This document shows, one piece after another, positions 41,346 through 58,000 of a stretch of 64,000 nt of DNA. Each line of letters starts with the position of its first letter. The stretch's first letter is position 1. Source of the stretch: the human T2T-CHM13v2.0 reference genome, Homo sapiens. Position numbers and translations under genes: made by a program. The stretch lies in the NCBI RefSeq assembly GCF_009914755.1, contig NC_060928.1. One strand, written 5' to 3'. The notes beneath the pieces were generated by a model. The model was not told the origin of the DNA, ran no database searches, and saw only the letters and a list, made by a program, of their open reading frames with translations.

Positions 41346-43799
41346 AAAAAGAGACACAGGCTTTTAATATTCCATCTGCTGCTCCCTTGAAGGAAAAAAT
41401 GTGGTAACAAAAGCTAATTATATATTTATGGTGTTGTGATTTGCAGCTTATTTTCTGTCCTCATGATTTTCTTAACTTGTATATTTATACATAAAGAATA
41501 ACATTTTTGTTTATTTTAAATATTCTAAAAAGCACCACTTTGGTATCATGCTTCTCTGTTTGGGGAAATCAAAACATTTAAAGTTACGTGTCTTAGAAAA
41601 GTAAGAAATTCTTTTTAGATATAATACTGTATTAAAGGAACAAATAACACTGAATTTCTGTCCTTAAGGTTTTCATCCCTAAACATGAATAATAATAAGT
41701 CAGAGAGTAAAGTTCTAGGTTGAAATAGCAATTTCTGCACATTTCCTCATTTTTATTCATCCGGTTACAGAGTTGAACATCCTCTGGAAGAATTTAGGTT
41801 GTATTCAGTTATTCTCATTTTCAGGGTGGGATTAAGCATGACCTTATGCAGAATTCCACTTTAAACAAGAATGCCCTCAAGCTTACTTTAGACAATGTTA
41901 AGAAAATCCACTCGATGAGATTTTGATATTTATTCGGTAGATTTTTTTAACTTTTTCTTTCTCTTCATCCTGTCACATCATGAGCAGTTTGAAGACATCA
42001 GGTTCAGTTCCCTAGCAAAACCAAGTTTCTTCCTCCTAGTATGTTTCTTTTTCCTTCTGCTTTGAGTGGCTTCTGTGGAAAAACATCTTATATGTGGGAT
42101 AAAAACGAAAACAATTTGTGTGAGAGACACACATGCGGTAGGTCTGTACTCAATGCTGTGGACTGTTAAAAACAAAGAAAGGTTTTGCTATTTAAAAGGA
42201 GAGGTAATGCAAATACTGCAATGCACTCATAAGAAAAAAATAAATTTTCCAGTAACTATAATTTAACAGCAATATAAGCCAGTCCTGTGTAGAGTTCTAA
42301 AATGATGAGAGTGGTTAGAGCCAAATAGGGTTCATATGATGAGATCTTGTGATGTGAAGTAATTTTAAAAGATGAAAGATACTTCTTAAATACTTTGGAA
42401 ATTATATGGTTGACCCTCTTTTTTACCCAATGCTTCATTTAGTGTGTTGCTAAAGCTAATCAATTTATTCTGCCTCTTAATTATCTCTTGAATCTGGCCC
42501 TGCATGTTTATCTGCATTGCCAGGGCTTTCATTTATACACTCAATACAATACTATAAATCTCTACTAACTCTCATCACCCAGCACCTACCAAAGGCAACA
42601 CACACCCACATACACACAGCCTCCACACTGCTGTTAGGGTAGTCGTCATAAAATGTGTCTCTGACCTTATCATGTATTTGCTTAAAACCATTCCACAGCT
42701 CTCTTTGGCTAATAGGATAATATGCAAATGCCGAAGCGGAACAAGGCAAGGCCCATGAAAATCTTTATTCCACCTGTCTTCCAGGCTTCCTTTCCTGCCT
42801 CTTGCGAGTTCTCCTACCCTGTCCCAGCCCCACCCACACCCTCTGTGTTCTAGCCAGTCTGAACCACGGCAGCTTCGTGCTCCCTCTCACTGTCATGCCT
42901 TAGCCTCTTTCGGTCGTCCTGAAGGCTTCTCTGTTTGGAATATGCATTCTTCACAGCAACTAAAGCATTAGCTTATCGGAAAAACCTTCTGAGAAGCTTT
43001 CGGAACCCAGCATATTTCATCTCTTAGATTATTTACCAGATAATACTTCATCTCTCTGTATATCTGTATGCTCAAAAGCGAGGAGGCAATAAATATAGTG
43101 TAGTAGGGAGGAAAGCTTTAAAAAGGCAGGAAAGTATTTGTTTGACTCATACTGGAATTCCTAGGACTTTGAAAGTACCTGAAGTACAGTAGGTATTCTA
43201 TGTAGGTGTGTTGTATAAATTAATGAGGGAAACAGTGAATGAATAAATGAAGGCAAGAATTGTGTCTTACTCCTTGGAATCAGATTGGATATCAGCCCAC
43301 GAGGCATTTCTAAAGGTATTAAGAGTTTAAATGAGGACTCTGCCATCTGCAGTATTGCTATATTGAAGAAATGAATGTCTAAAGGAAATTCCTAATCATC
43401 AAGTAAGAAACCGTTACACAGGAGACTGCAGTGGTTATTTCAGAAATAGCAGTGGAGTCATTCACAGTTAAATGCACGCGCTCTATTAACAACCTAGGAA
43501 TCCAGGGAATCTGGAAGAAAAATAAATTTGGGGAATCTATTTTTATTAGCGTGAATATCTATGGTTTTCATGCACATAGGTAATAGTACTTATTTATCCA
43601 GTATTAACTATCTTTATGATTCCTCAAGTACTCAGAAACTTAGGAGATGGTACACATAAATATCCTAACATGTAAACATTTCTAAACCATTATCACCTCT
43701 GAAATCTAATTTATTGCCTTCCCTCCTGAGGAGGATTCCCATTTTTATTTTTAAGTTTTTGCTTAAATGTCATATTTTCAGTAAATGCTATTCTGATGA

Positions 43800-44100
<301 letters not shown>

Positions 44101-44387
44101 CCCAATTTAAAATTTTGATTCCTTCTCCAGCAGTTCTAATCGCCTACCCTGCCTTGTATTCTGTCAATATCACCTTCCCTTTCATTTACTAATTTATTAT
44201 GTTTCCTGCATATTGTTCTCCCCTTCTTCCCCTCCACTTGCTACAATGTAAGCTCTACAAGGGCAGAGGTTTTTATGTTTGTTTTTAGCTGTGATAGGTG
44301 CTTGATAGGTGCTGTGATAGGTGCTTGAGTGAATATCTGTGGAATGAATGAATCAACCAATACTACATGAGTCTCTCAGCTCACATT

Positions 44388-44486
44388 CTTAAGAAAATAG
44401 TCATCACTTCACAGCCTGATTGCTGTCACATGGCCCTTAAGAAAATAGTCATCACTTCACAGCCTGATTGCTGTCACATGGCCCTT
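44388..44486. repeat. Perfect 48-bp tandem duplication
   Basis: CTTAAGAAAATAGTCATCACTTCACAGCCTGATTGCTGTCACATGGCC x2, plus CTT. Confidence 0.97.
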
Positions 44487-46326
44487 GTACTCTGGAAGAG
44501 CACTCAGGTTAATCTCCCTCTGACTTCTTTTCTCATAATAAATTTCTTCCCAGGAACCTCTGTGTGGCCTACCAAATCAGGTACAGATTCTTCCACTTGG
44601 AGGTGAAAGTGGTTGGTTGGCCCCACTTTATCTATCCAGAACTCTCTCTTAAGTTGCTTTCCAAACCAGTGTTGTTTGGAAATCTCCAGTCTTCCTGCTT
44701 TGACTTTGCTAACTGTGCTTCTCTTCAAGGTTTAGCTAAATGTTAGTCTACACTTTAAGCCTTCGAAACCAACCCCGGCACAAAGCAAATGTTTCCTTGT
44801 TCACCTTCTTCATGTAGTTTATTATTTTGCACCTGCCTGAGATTTGTGTTCTCGCTGTCTCAGGAATGGAAGTCCCATCTCCTCAATTAGGGAATAAGCC
44901 CCTTTAGGCCAATACACCTGCCTTCTTCTGTATCTCCACGGTACTTAACATTATGGATAAATACAGTTAGGACTTGTGGCTTCGCAGCGGTGAACCATTG
45001 TTGGTTCTAGACAAAAAACAAAGTTTTGAAAATGCCATGTTGGTTTTAAACAGAATATATTGGAGTAGAGAAAGTCAGTAGGCAGAGATAGCAGCATTCT
45101 ATTTCCTCAGAGCACATATCTAGTCAGCAGATAGTGATTTATTTAATAAATGAGAGGTAGGGAAGGGTCTAGGTAGGATAATGCAATGGGAAAACAGAGG
45201 AAAGAACATAACCAAATAACATTTTGAATAAGCTAACAAGAAAATTGTTGATTTGGATCAAAGAATCAAAGAGCAAGAGTCAAAATGTCACCAAACTTTT
45301 GAGTAGAAAATGGGGATTTCAGTGGAAAGGTGAAATAGTTGAGAAAGAGGAGGAGATCTTGGATTGGGCAGAGAGTATAAAACGAGGATGATACATTTAG
45401 TTTGGGACAGATGGACAGTGCACATAGGGAAGAGAGAAATATGTTTTCCTTTAAGATTTTTTAGTAGAAGAGTAATGACATTACATTGGCTGTAATGGAT
45501 TTTTGAAATTATTTCCACAAATTTGAAAACTTCTCTTTTTTCCGCCAATATGGATTAATTTTCAGGGATCATATTTTGCAGTGAACCTTTAAAATCTCAT
45601 CAGCTTATTTTAAAGCAAAGTTGTTACAGGACTCTGGTATAAGGAAAGTTACATTAATTGAAACATTCATACTAGTATAATTGTGCTATAATTCTCATTT
45701 GAAGTTTAAATGAGGTTTAGTGCTGGCTACAGAGGGAGGGACACACTGGAAACTAATTTATCTGTGAGAAGGCAGAGGAGCAGAGTATGACATTTTGGTC
45801 CTTTTGAGAAAATTTGCAGGATGTTGAGGTCCGTTGCTGCTGCTGCTGCTGTTTCTGTTGTTTTAAATAGTATATAACTAAGGGTGAGGACCATTAGAGG
45901 ACAGAAATCACATCTTAATCAGCTTTGATTTTTTTATGTTTAAAAAAGAGATTGAGATTCACTTTGTAGTCTAGGGAGTTTAAAGTAAGTGGAGACAAAA
46001 GTACTCTTTTGAGAGCTGTCATTTCTCTTAGTGTGACGCTATTAATAATGTAGTGTAATGCTATTTTGGAAGTTTGGTTCTTTCCTTTTCTTTTGTCTTC
46101 CTCTGACTCTTTTCTGTATTCTAAATGAAAGGGGAATAATGCACTTAGAGGGGGGCACTCCTAAATTCACTGTCTCATGTACGACATTATCTCCGACTTC
46201 GGCTCTCATGTTTTGAAAAAATACCTCTTCATCGCTCTATTTTTATTTTTCTTCTTCTTTTATTGTGAATCTCTTTTACCAAAAACATTTGTAGGGTTCT
46301 TCACAAAGATTTTTTTTTTCAATCAG

Positions 46327-47000
46327 GATGAAAACTAGATCATGATGTGACCATTTCACTGTGAGTGTAACTTCCCTTTTTGACAGCTCCATTAGATCTG
46401 CCAGGTTATAAATCTTCATATTTCTGACTTGCCTTGAAATCAGAAAGTATTTTCATTATGCTAGTCTCTGTGAGCAACAAGCATGAAGGAAGGCATGGCA
46501 GGTATCGTAGCCCCTTTGATGAACTTACCTGTTTCAACTCAGTGCCAGGGCAGAACATTTACTGCTAACCCTGATGGGTCAACTTTGATTGCAAATTATG
46601 TGTGGTACATTTTGAATTTAAAGAATGTTTCTGAGATTATTCTACGATCACTTGTCATTTTTATGTGTGCAGTAATGTGTTGTGTATAACTTGGATTTCA
46701 ACAATATCCATTGTTTGAAAGTTAGAAAATATTCTAAGAATACTAATTATCTTGCTCAAATAATCATTTAAGTACAACTGTCACTTGATTATGGTGAATA
46801 TTTTTAAGTAAAATTATATATTTAAGGTGTGCTACCTCTAATTTTATTGTCATACAAAAAGCAGATTATTGAACATGTTAATGTAAATTGTACTTTTAAT
46901 TTTTTCCAGTACTCTAGAACATGTGTAAGGTTAAAAGAATTTAAATTACCCAGGTTTTTCTTTTTACATAATAAATAAGAAGAAATCACAAAGGAAGCAG
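46327..47000 (+). other. Candidate alternative last exon / 3'UTR-like block (or 34-nt mini-exon 46327-46360)
   Basis: Acceptor T10-CAATCAG|GATGAAAACTAG; stops in all three frames within 19 nt; donor-like ACT|GTGAGT; repeat-free AU-rich downstream sequence; AATAAA at 46970. Confidence 0.4.
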
Positions 47001-47233
47001 ATATTATATTGTTTTTAATATAACATGAAATTGTTTGACTTTATTTTGATGACCTCACAAAAGTATAAACATGGCAGTGGTGTGTATGATCAAAGTAAGA
47101 AATTAAAGAGTTACCGGTTCTTTATAAACCAGAAGTCCATTGACTTTTAATAATGCTGTCTCAAATATTTGATAGTAAATTGTGGAAATAATCAAAGCTG
47201 AGCCTATGGGACTGTACTTTGTAGTACTGTTTA

Positions 47234-47582
<349 letters not shown>

Positions 47583-49148
47583 GAATATTAGGAAAAATAT
47601 CTTAATGCAAAATATATTAATTAGTAATCTGCCAACACTGAGATGTACTATAAGGCCAAGAAGAAAAGGAATGATATCTAGAGTCTTGTCATTTTTTAAG
47701 TCATTGCTTTTAGAGATTTTTTTAACCTCACGTATATTTTTGTTTCTTAGCATAAGAGAGAGGAAAATCAAAAGCTCAAATAGAGAATTTAAAAATGAGA
47801 CAAAAGACCGCCCACATACTAAAAAGTGTTAATTATAAAACTGGAAACTAACATTCAAATTATTTTTTCATCTCTGTTCCCCTATTTAATATGCAGTGTA
47901 GTTTCCCTGTAACGGAAGAATGCTTCTGCTATCACGGCTGGACTGGGGTCTCCACACTGGCCTTTGCTGGATAGCACTCTGACCTCCAGCTCAAAGTAAA
48001 GCAAGCATTCTTCCATTTAAAATTGAATTTCTACGGTACTGCCTTAATACGAATACTTCCTCTTCATTTCCTTCTTGACAACATGCCTGGAACAAAAATG
48101 ACAAAAATAATTATTCCTGTATAAATTAGTATGGAGAGCTTTGGGGTCATACTCTGTGACCATTGCCAGATTTCTTGATTTCTCTGTACATTTTTTCCCA
48201 CTTGTGAAACAGGAATACGTACCTACAGCTTAAGGTAGCTATGAGATTAAACAGGATAGTGCATGTTAAGCCTATTGCGTAATCAGCTTAATAAGCTTTC
48301 ATGAGTATAAATTTCTGTTGTGTATTCCACCGGCCTATGTGTGTAGAATCCATATAGTTACGTTGAACCTAGATTTTTAGTAAGTCTTTTTTGAAGTTAC
48401 TAAGTAATTAAATTACTTATAACCAACAAAACAAAAAAAAAACATATAAAATAGAGGAGAACTATATAAGTCCTTTTTTTAAAAAAGTAGCAAACAGTAT
48501 TTTTTAGTGTCAGGGATTAAAGGAATTGTTTTAGACTCGATATGGACGTGTTAGAATGCTTTAAAAATCGATTCTAGCTAATGGAGAGAATGTTTTTAAA
48601 ATGAACTATTGCCATTCCTTCAGTGAACCACATACAACAAGAAAAAATTCACATAAACATTGAAGGAAAGGCAAGCTCTTCCTTACAGAAGTAATGAGAA
48701 TCGCAGCGATTTGCCTTGGGGAATTAGAATGTGGAGACTCTTTTCCCTGTGCAGTATCCCCTAATGTCTAGGAGCAGATAAGTAGCCTCTAATTTTAAAT
48801 GTGCAGTTATCCAAACAAGATGAATGTGCAGGGCAAAGCTGGATAAGAATGTCGATCTTAATGTTAATATTTTTATTCTCCTTCGTAATCGACATATAGT
48901 TGGCAAAAGCCAAATGTCTGTGAGATCCCTAAAGACCACAGCTAACTCAGGAGAGCTGTAGCCAGCTTTATCTTACATCAGCTGTGGAGATCTGGCCCGA
49001 GGGAGACACATCCCAGAATAAGCCCCTTGCCATTGTCCTTTACAATGTTTTAAATCAGTTATTTTATCTTGTCTAGATTTATATTTTGTAAAATGCAAAC
49101 TGATAAAGCATGACAGCATTCAAGACATAGAGTTAGCAACTGAAGCTT

Positions 49149-49155
<7 letters not shown>

Positions 49156-49200
<45 letters not shown>
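49156..49200. repeat. (TG)22 microsatellite
   Basis: Perfect dinucleotide run. Confidence 0.98.
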
Positions 49201-49202
<2 letters not shown>

Positions 49203-50447
49203 TTTAGGTAAAATATTATATAGAGAGATTTAGGGAATTCTTTTAAAAACTGGAAAGAAAGACATTAGAAATCATAATCTACTCCCCTAATATTACAGAT
49301 GAAAGGAACCAAGACTAGAAGAGTAAAATATGTTAGTGATAAAGCCAGTACCTAAATATGTTAGTTTGTGTTCAAAGTAAAAATATCAAATATAAGAATC
49401 GTCTTCTTTTCATTTATATCTCCCTAATTTTTATATAAGTAAGATTCTATTTTTAATTCTAGATCTTTGATATATGAAAATGACTTGTATTTGAAGTGTT
49501 TAATTTTTGAAGTTTTTAAAATTAATGTCAGAACACTAGATTCCTCTTAAAAGTAAATTAGTAATTATATTTTAAAAATAAAATATACATTTTGGCAATA
49601 CAAACCCAGTTATCATTTAATTGTTAGCATGTGTTTTCTACAGATATATTTTCCTTACTAGGCAGATAATGTACATGCTTGCTAATGAAAGCTTTGTGAG
49701 CTATGTGTCTTTGGCACTTATTTTGCATAAATTATAATACTGTGTTTTACTAAAATATGGGTTAAAGCAAATATATTCAAGACAGTGTGCAAATGTGAAT
49801 GCAACAGATTCCAAATAGATGATTTTTTATTGATAAATAGTAATATAAGTTTTACTGCAGTTTTAAGAATCATCAAGATTTTCAACAGAAGGGCTTATTT
49901 GTTTTAAACCCTAAGCCGCCTTTCTGAAACCTGAAAAAGATTTGTGAAAACAGCCTGCAATAAAAATCACACACACTTCATAAAACAGTACTTGATAGAT
50001 ATCACTTGCACCATTAAGAGCTAAACGACAAAGGATGTAATTTCAGTTCTGGCATGCAATATTAATCGAAAGCCTTTAAAACATCTTGCTGATGGGAACT
50101 ATGACAACATGACATTGAAGAATTATGAGCTAAAGACATCTATCTTAATCAGATTTTTGAAGTAAATGCCATAAAACATAAAGTTGTTTTCTTCATCTTT
50201 ACATTTTTACATGTTTTTGGTGGGAGCATGATTTTCTAGTGTGTTGCTTTAAATGCAGAGACTGCAAAATCAGTATTTAAAAGTATGAGTTCAGTACACA
50301 GAGTTGAAGCAAATTTTAGTCAATACACTCTGCATACACAGGGAATTATTTCTGTAATAATGTACATTTTTCCATCTTTTATGCCAGCGATTTGTCTTAA
50401 GCAAATACTTTAAATAAATGATATTAATAGATATTTTGGAAACATAA

Positions 50448-50763
<316 letters not shown>

Positions 50764-51146
50764 GTATATTTGCCTTTATAAATTTAGAAATGAAAACAGA
50801 ATGCTTGTAAAGACCTCCCCATAGAAAGAAATTATCTTATGGATATACTAACATGTAAACATCTTTTTTTCCTAAAAGAAATACGGCAAAAACATTTATT
50901 ACTTTGTTTGAATAATTAAGAAAAGCCTGGAAATTAACTCCTTCCACTAAAATAACACTTCACAGTTTATAAAAATACTTTAATATACATTATCTCCTTT
51001 AATTCTCACAACATTTCCTTTTAAGATTGATTATTACCCCATTTTACAGGTGAGGAATTGGAGTATTTACAATAGGAAATTGATGATATAGTTACTAAGT
51101 TTGGGACAGGGAGCTTAAACTGTCCCATTTGGGACAGGAAACCAGA

Positions 51147-51533
51147 TGTTATGGGCTAAATGTTTGTGTCCCCCAAAATTCAAATGTTGACGCTGTAATC
51201 CCCTATGTGACTATTGGAGCTAGGGCCTCTAAGGAAGTAATTAAGGTTAAACGAGGTCATCAGGGTGTAGCCCTGATCCTGCCGCATTAGCATCCTTATA
51301 AGAAGAGACACCAGAGGGCTTTGCTCTCCTGCATTGCTCCCCTGCTGTCTGCCTCGCCTCAGCAAGAAAACAGCCATCTGCAAGCCAGGAAGAGAACTGT
51401 CACCAGAAACCAACCGACCCTGCCAGACCTTGATCTGTGACTTCTGGTCTCTAGAACTGTGAGAAAATCATGTCTATTATTTAAGCCACCCAGTCTATGG
51501 CATTTTGTTACGGAAGCTTGAGCAGACCAATAC
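51147..51533 (+). mobile_element. MLT1A-like solo LTR (ERVL-MaLR)
   Basis: TGTTATGGGCTAAATGTTTGTGTCCCCCAAAATTC...CCTTATAAGAAGAGAC...AGAACTGTGAGAAAAT...TTTAAGCCACCCAGTCTATGG. Confidence 0.88.
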
Positions 51534-51793
51534 GTCACATCTCTATTCTCTTCATGATATATCCAGTGCTTATTCATCTCTTCTATGGACAATTTTAACA
51601 AACTGGCACCAAACTATGTGTAGACTCATGAAATGAAAGCTCATAAGATCCATGAAAGACTATCTTAGTTACTGCTTCTTTTTGAACCTTTATGTTGAGA
51701 GGAAGGTTCCTAGTGGCAGTGAGCATCTTGAAGAAAGATGCAGGCTTCCAATCTCAATATATCATGTTTACTACTATTTTAAAAGGCACAACC

Positions 51794-52080
51794 GGCTGGG
51801 CACAGTGGCTCACGCCTGTAATCCCAGTGCTTTGGGAGGCCAAGGTGGGAGGATCACTTGAGACCACAAATGTGGGACCATGTGGGGCAATATAGCAAGA
51901 CCCCCACCTCTACAAAGCATTTTAACAAATTAGCTGAGGATGGTGCTGCATGCCTGTAGTACCCGCTACTCAGGATGGTGAGGTGGGAGGATTCCTTGAG
52001 CCCAAGAGTTCGAGGTTGCAGTGAGCTATGATCACAGTACTGTACTCCAGCCTGGGCAACACAGCAAGACCCTCTCTCTT
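51794..52080 (+). mobile_element. AluJ SINE (A-tail lost)
   Basis: Full dimer; TSD A(A/G)AGGCACAA. Confidence 0.9.
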
Positions 52081-52919
52081 AGAGGCACAAAAAAGCCTTA
52101 GAAAATACAGATTATTAATTTCCCAAACAATTATAGGACCTTACATTTATAGTACTTGCCATTCACGGGGCATTGTCATATACGTGATCTTACTTCGATG
52201 TTGGCCCTCATGTCTCCCATATTCAGTATTCTTTTCAGTGTACCATCCTGCCTTTCATAGGTGCTCAGTCAAAGCAGCATAAAAGCATATATTGGGAAGA
52301 GGCTTTTAGTGTTGTATACACACAAAAAACATACCCCCAAATTGTTAATGACAGAGAAGGGAATTCAGCAAATACACGTCTATGGTAGCTTCATCTATGA
52401 TTCTATTTTCCTTTTAATCAAGAATGATCATTACATGGTTTCCACTTAACAGATCACTCTCATTGCACATGCCAAGAATAGAAAGGATACGCTGGGTTCC
52501 ATTGAAGTTCATTGCATCTACATATTTCATGTTCATGATAATACATATCTCTGCCTAGATGTCATACTATGACTGGAAGGACACTTAAATGAATATTTGA
52601 TTTGACTTTGATGTAAAACATTAAAAGACAGTAGGGACTCAATAAACTACAGGTAAGAAATAACATATCAAATAATATGCTAGAAAAAAATAACTGCAAA
52701 ATTAATATATTTTTGAGAAGCAAGATCAGTAGCGTCATTGGGAACTTTATCTGTGTGCTCTTCAATTATTTGTTTTTCCTATAGTTGCTGAAATATTTAA
52801 GAAAGAAGAATCAGAAAAAAAGCTCAAAGCAGACTGAATCTTTTTGCTAAAAATAATTTTTAAAATGTATTATAATTGTCTTCATAACTTTTATAAAACA
52901 GATCAGTTTTCTTTTAAAA

Positions 52920-53532
<613 letters not shown>

Positions 53533-55475
53533 TGGTTTTCTTTTAAGCTTGAAAGATGCATCCTAGCCTTTTACATAGTTATTTTTACAATTTGTTTAAA
53601 AATTTTTTACATTAAAATCTGAAATAAATTTAAGTTGGATATAAAGTGATTTTCATTATATGTACCTTAAGATGTTAATAGTTATAATACAAGATAATAT
53701 GGATGAGTTTATTTTTAAAATAAAGGTATTATTTTTAATGTCTTTAATATAAGATAGTATGGTAGGGTATTTTATGACTTGAGTTAATACAGTGAAGTTT
53801 TCATAATACTTGAAGTAAAATTTTTTGTACTATCAATCCCTTAAATGTTTTATATGTATAACTTAAGATGGTATGATATGGTTTTTAATTACTTTAAATT
53901 TCAAATACCCATAACATAAGCTAATATATTTTAAGATTTTATAATGTATTACCTAAAATAAAGGGAATTTTAAAATTGAAAAACTTCAGACTTCATTGCA
54001 TGACTCCAATCCTGCTCTCCCCTCAGAAGTTAATTGATTTATATAGTTAGGTTTAGTTAGAGTAAGTGCTCAGTCCTGTGTCTCCTGTTTCCTTTTGTAG
54101 TACTCTTCTATACCAGACATTTTATTTGTGATATGTTATCTGAAAAGCATAGCAAATTCTGCATTGTTTGAACTATGTGATTTGCTTTCCTTACTCTTTA
54201 TAAGCCACACTTTATAAGTCACAATAATGTAGCTTTATTTGCCTTCCACCCTGTCCTTATCTATATTACAAATGTGTTTTATTTATATCATATCATATAT
54301 ACTCCATTTAAAGTCAATAAAATTTAATTTCACTAAAACGAAATGCTCATAATAAGGTAATAAGGGGAGAGAAAAGCGTTGATTGATTTATGTCAGTTCT
54401 TTATTGTCAAGATTGGGACAGCTTCTTCCTTTTTTGCTTACTCTCTCAGGTAAAATATTTTAAAATGGGTAGAAGAATATCCTGAAACATACACTGAGAC
54501 ATTTTAAAGGTATTTTTATCCAGTTTTTTATGCATGTATAAAAGATATGTTTATGTATGTTTCTGTTAGAAATGATTATGCAAAACTAAGAATTTCATAG
54601 GAAAAATGTGTCTGAGGCATTATGGTTGACAAGATAAACTACTTTAACTATCAAAAGATAGCCATGTACACTTGTTTTCACCCACTGAAATAGTTCAGAG
54701 TGCTTGACATTTAGATTAACTGCACACTTTGGAGCAGCAACCATTGAAGCCAGAACAATATCTTTGAAGAGAAGTTACTGCCACTCAAGATAAGTTGCTT
54801 TTTAAATAGAAGATAACCAGAAATTCTGCTATCCAGTAACAAGAAGAGAATAGCAGAGACCATTCATACTAAATGAGAAAGACATGAATAAATATATATT
54901 CTGTTTAATTTCACAATCATAAGCATGGTATTAGGAGCTTTGGAGAAAGCTGTTTTAGGAGCTCTAAAGAAAGCTCTATTCTTGCCTTCTAGAACTCCTA
55001 CTGGATGTATATTGAGCTTTTCTATTTTTTTTTCTTTGAAGTACTCGTATATATGTAAGCACTCTTTATCTTTCTGGTACTATCTGAATGATTTTCTCAG
55101 ATCTGTTTTCCAGTTTAATGGTACTCTCTATAATTGTGTCTACTATACCATTTAAACAATCCAATGAGATTTTAATTTCAATGACTACATTTTTCCTATG
55201 TACAGACATTCTACTTTTGTCAAAATCGCCTCTTATTTTTTCATAGTGTCTAATTCTTAGGTTTTTAATTTTTTTTTTTTTTTTTTTGGTCCTTAATCAT
55301 TCTGAACATGCTTACAATTTTATCTGACAGATACACTTACCCCAAGTTTGGGGAAGACAAATTGCTGCTTTTTGTTTTGTCTGTAGACTGTAGCTGAAGG
55401 TAGATTGTTTCCTCTTAAATTTTGTAGTTTGTGAACTCACTGAAAGCAAGGTTCGGTCTTAGAAATCCTTTGTGA

Positions 55476-55821
<346 letters not shown>

Positions 55822-56177
55822 CGTTTGATTTGCTTCTGCCGGGTGCCTCAGGCAGAAGCATTGCTGACCCAAGACCACTTTTAATATTAATTTCTTGGCT
55901 TGGGGTTCCAGAACCATAATGATAGTTTAAGTTTCAATCTAATATTCCAATCCCAGGGAGGCCCAGGCTAGTGGGTAAAATTTTCCTATCAGGAAAAAAC
56001 AAGTTGTTTAAGACAACATAGGAGATTTCTTATTGTTCCCTTTGCAGTGAGAAAATTTTTAAAGTTTCCTCTTTGAATGAGGGCGTGACACTTCAAGGGT
56101 CCAGGCGTTATCTAGGAGTCTCAGTAACAGTTGAGACCTACCTAGTCTTCTCCTTGTTCATTAAAAAGGTTACAGAG

Positions 56178-56397
56178 GGCTGGGCATGTTGATTCACGCC
56201 TGTAACCCCAGCACTTTTGGAGGCTGAGGTGGGAGGAACACTTGAGCCCGGGAGTTCTAGATCAGCCTGGGCAACATAGTGAAAACCTGTGTCTACAAAC
56301 AATACAAAAATTATCCAGGTTTGGTGGCACATGCCCAGCAATAGAGCGAGACCCTGTCTCAAAAAAAAAAAAAAAAAAAAAAAGAAAAAGAAAAAGG
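56178..56397 (+). mobile_element. AluJ with most of the right arm deleted
   Basis: CACATGCC|CAGCAATAGAGCGAGACC junction, long A-tail. Confidence 0.88.
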
Positions 56398-56399
56398 TG

Positions 56400-56732
<333 letters not shown>

Positions 56733-57943
56733 TCAGGAAAGCTATGCCAGCTTACCTGCACTTTACGTTTTTTCTCTTCCCTCTGCTTTTGGCTTATTCT
56801 TTCTTTCCAATTCAGTCAATTAACCCAAAGTGTAAGTTCCACAGGCAGGCTGAGATTGTTGGCTTTTTGTTCATGGATATAACTTCAGTGCCTAGAACAG
56901 AGCCTGGCATAAAGTAAACACTCAAGAGATGCTAAATGAATTCATCCAAAAGGTAGTATATTTAACCCAACAATTCTAGGTGTTTTATATAGCAAGGAAG
57001 TTGGCAGTTAGGTAATCTAGGTTGCCGCATTGTCTGAAATAGAAAGTACAGTAGAATCTAAAAAAAGAGAGAGAAAGAGAGAGAGAACGTGAAGATTTAG
57101 ATTCAGACTTTGATTATTTCTTCTAATCCTCAAAGCATGACCCTAAAGATACTAAACCAAATTCTCACTAACCCAGTAAGTACAGTGAATCACTTCATCT
57201 GTGTTCATCTGAGTAATACCTTCTAGGCAGTTTAAGTCTTTCTTTTGTATCCTTTTATTTATCACCAGGGCATTTCATACTCAGTGTCTTTTTATAAATA
57301 GTTTTACAATCAATTGATGATGAAGGTCTTAAGAACAATAGTGTTTACTTATATTGCATCATAACAATGTTCAAAACACATTTTGAAATTTCATTTGATT
57401 TACAGGCAACTATCTGACAGATATTTACGGTGGTGAAAATTTTTACACAGTACTGTATTTTAACCAAGGGCTTACAGAGGTATTTAAATGGAAAACTCAC
57501 TTTGAAACACTGGGCTTGTGTGAGAATTCTAGAAAAAATAATGAACTACAGGAACTGGTTTATGTGAAAGTGATTTTCTGAGTAAAATGAGGTCTTTCTT
57601 TTCCAATTTTTATTATGCCATTTTAGGTGGTTATATTATTAATAGAATATTTGAGGGGCTGGATTGGAAAACGAAAGGAAAAGAAAACCCCTGAATATCT
57701 GTTTTTGTTTTCCGATGAGCTTCACAGACTTTGTGATATGAGTATAAGCACCTATTTCCTTAACTCAAATTTTCTCCATTTATAAGAAAAATTATTGCCA
57801 CCTAATTTTTTTCCTTCAGAGGGAAATAATGACTACTAAATGTCTGCAATGTGTGTGAGATTTTCTGGACAAAAGAGGCATTTTAATGGTAATTTACTGT
57901 TTTCAGTGTCATAAAAATGTTGAATTTATAATACCACCTTTCT

Positions 57944-58000
57944 TTTCTTCTTTTTTTTTTTTTTTTACATCTGCAACAGATTTATTTTTAAAGGAATGGA
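57944..58000 (-). pseudogene. Extremely 5'-truncated processed retrocopy (mRNA 3' end plus poly(A))
   Basis: Minus strand TCCATTCCTTTAAAAATAAATCTGTTGCAGATGT-A16+; 18-bp TSD TTATAATACCACCTTTCT at 57926-57943 and 58001-58018. Confidence 0.85.

Noticed and set aside
45835-45852. Short (CTG)n run
   Set aside because: Only 5-6 units, within background expectation
46341-46428. Possible box C/D snoRNA (ATGATGT...CTGA)
   Set aside because: Box C is imperfect (not RTGATGA), there is no terminal stem and no evident rRNA guide
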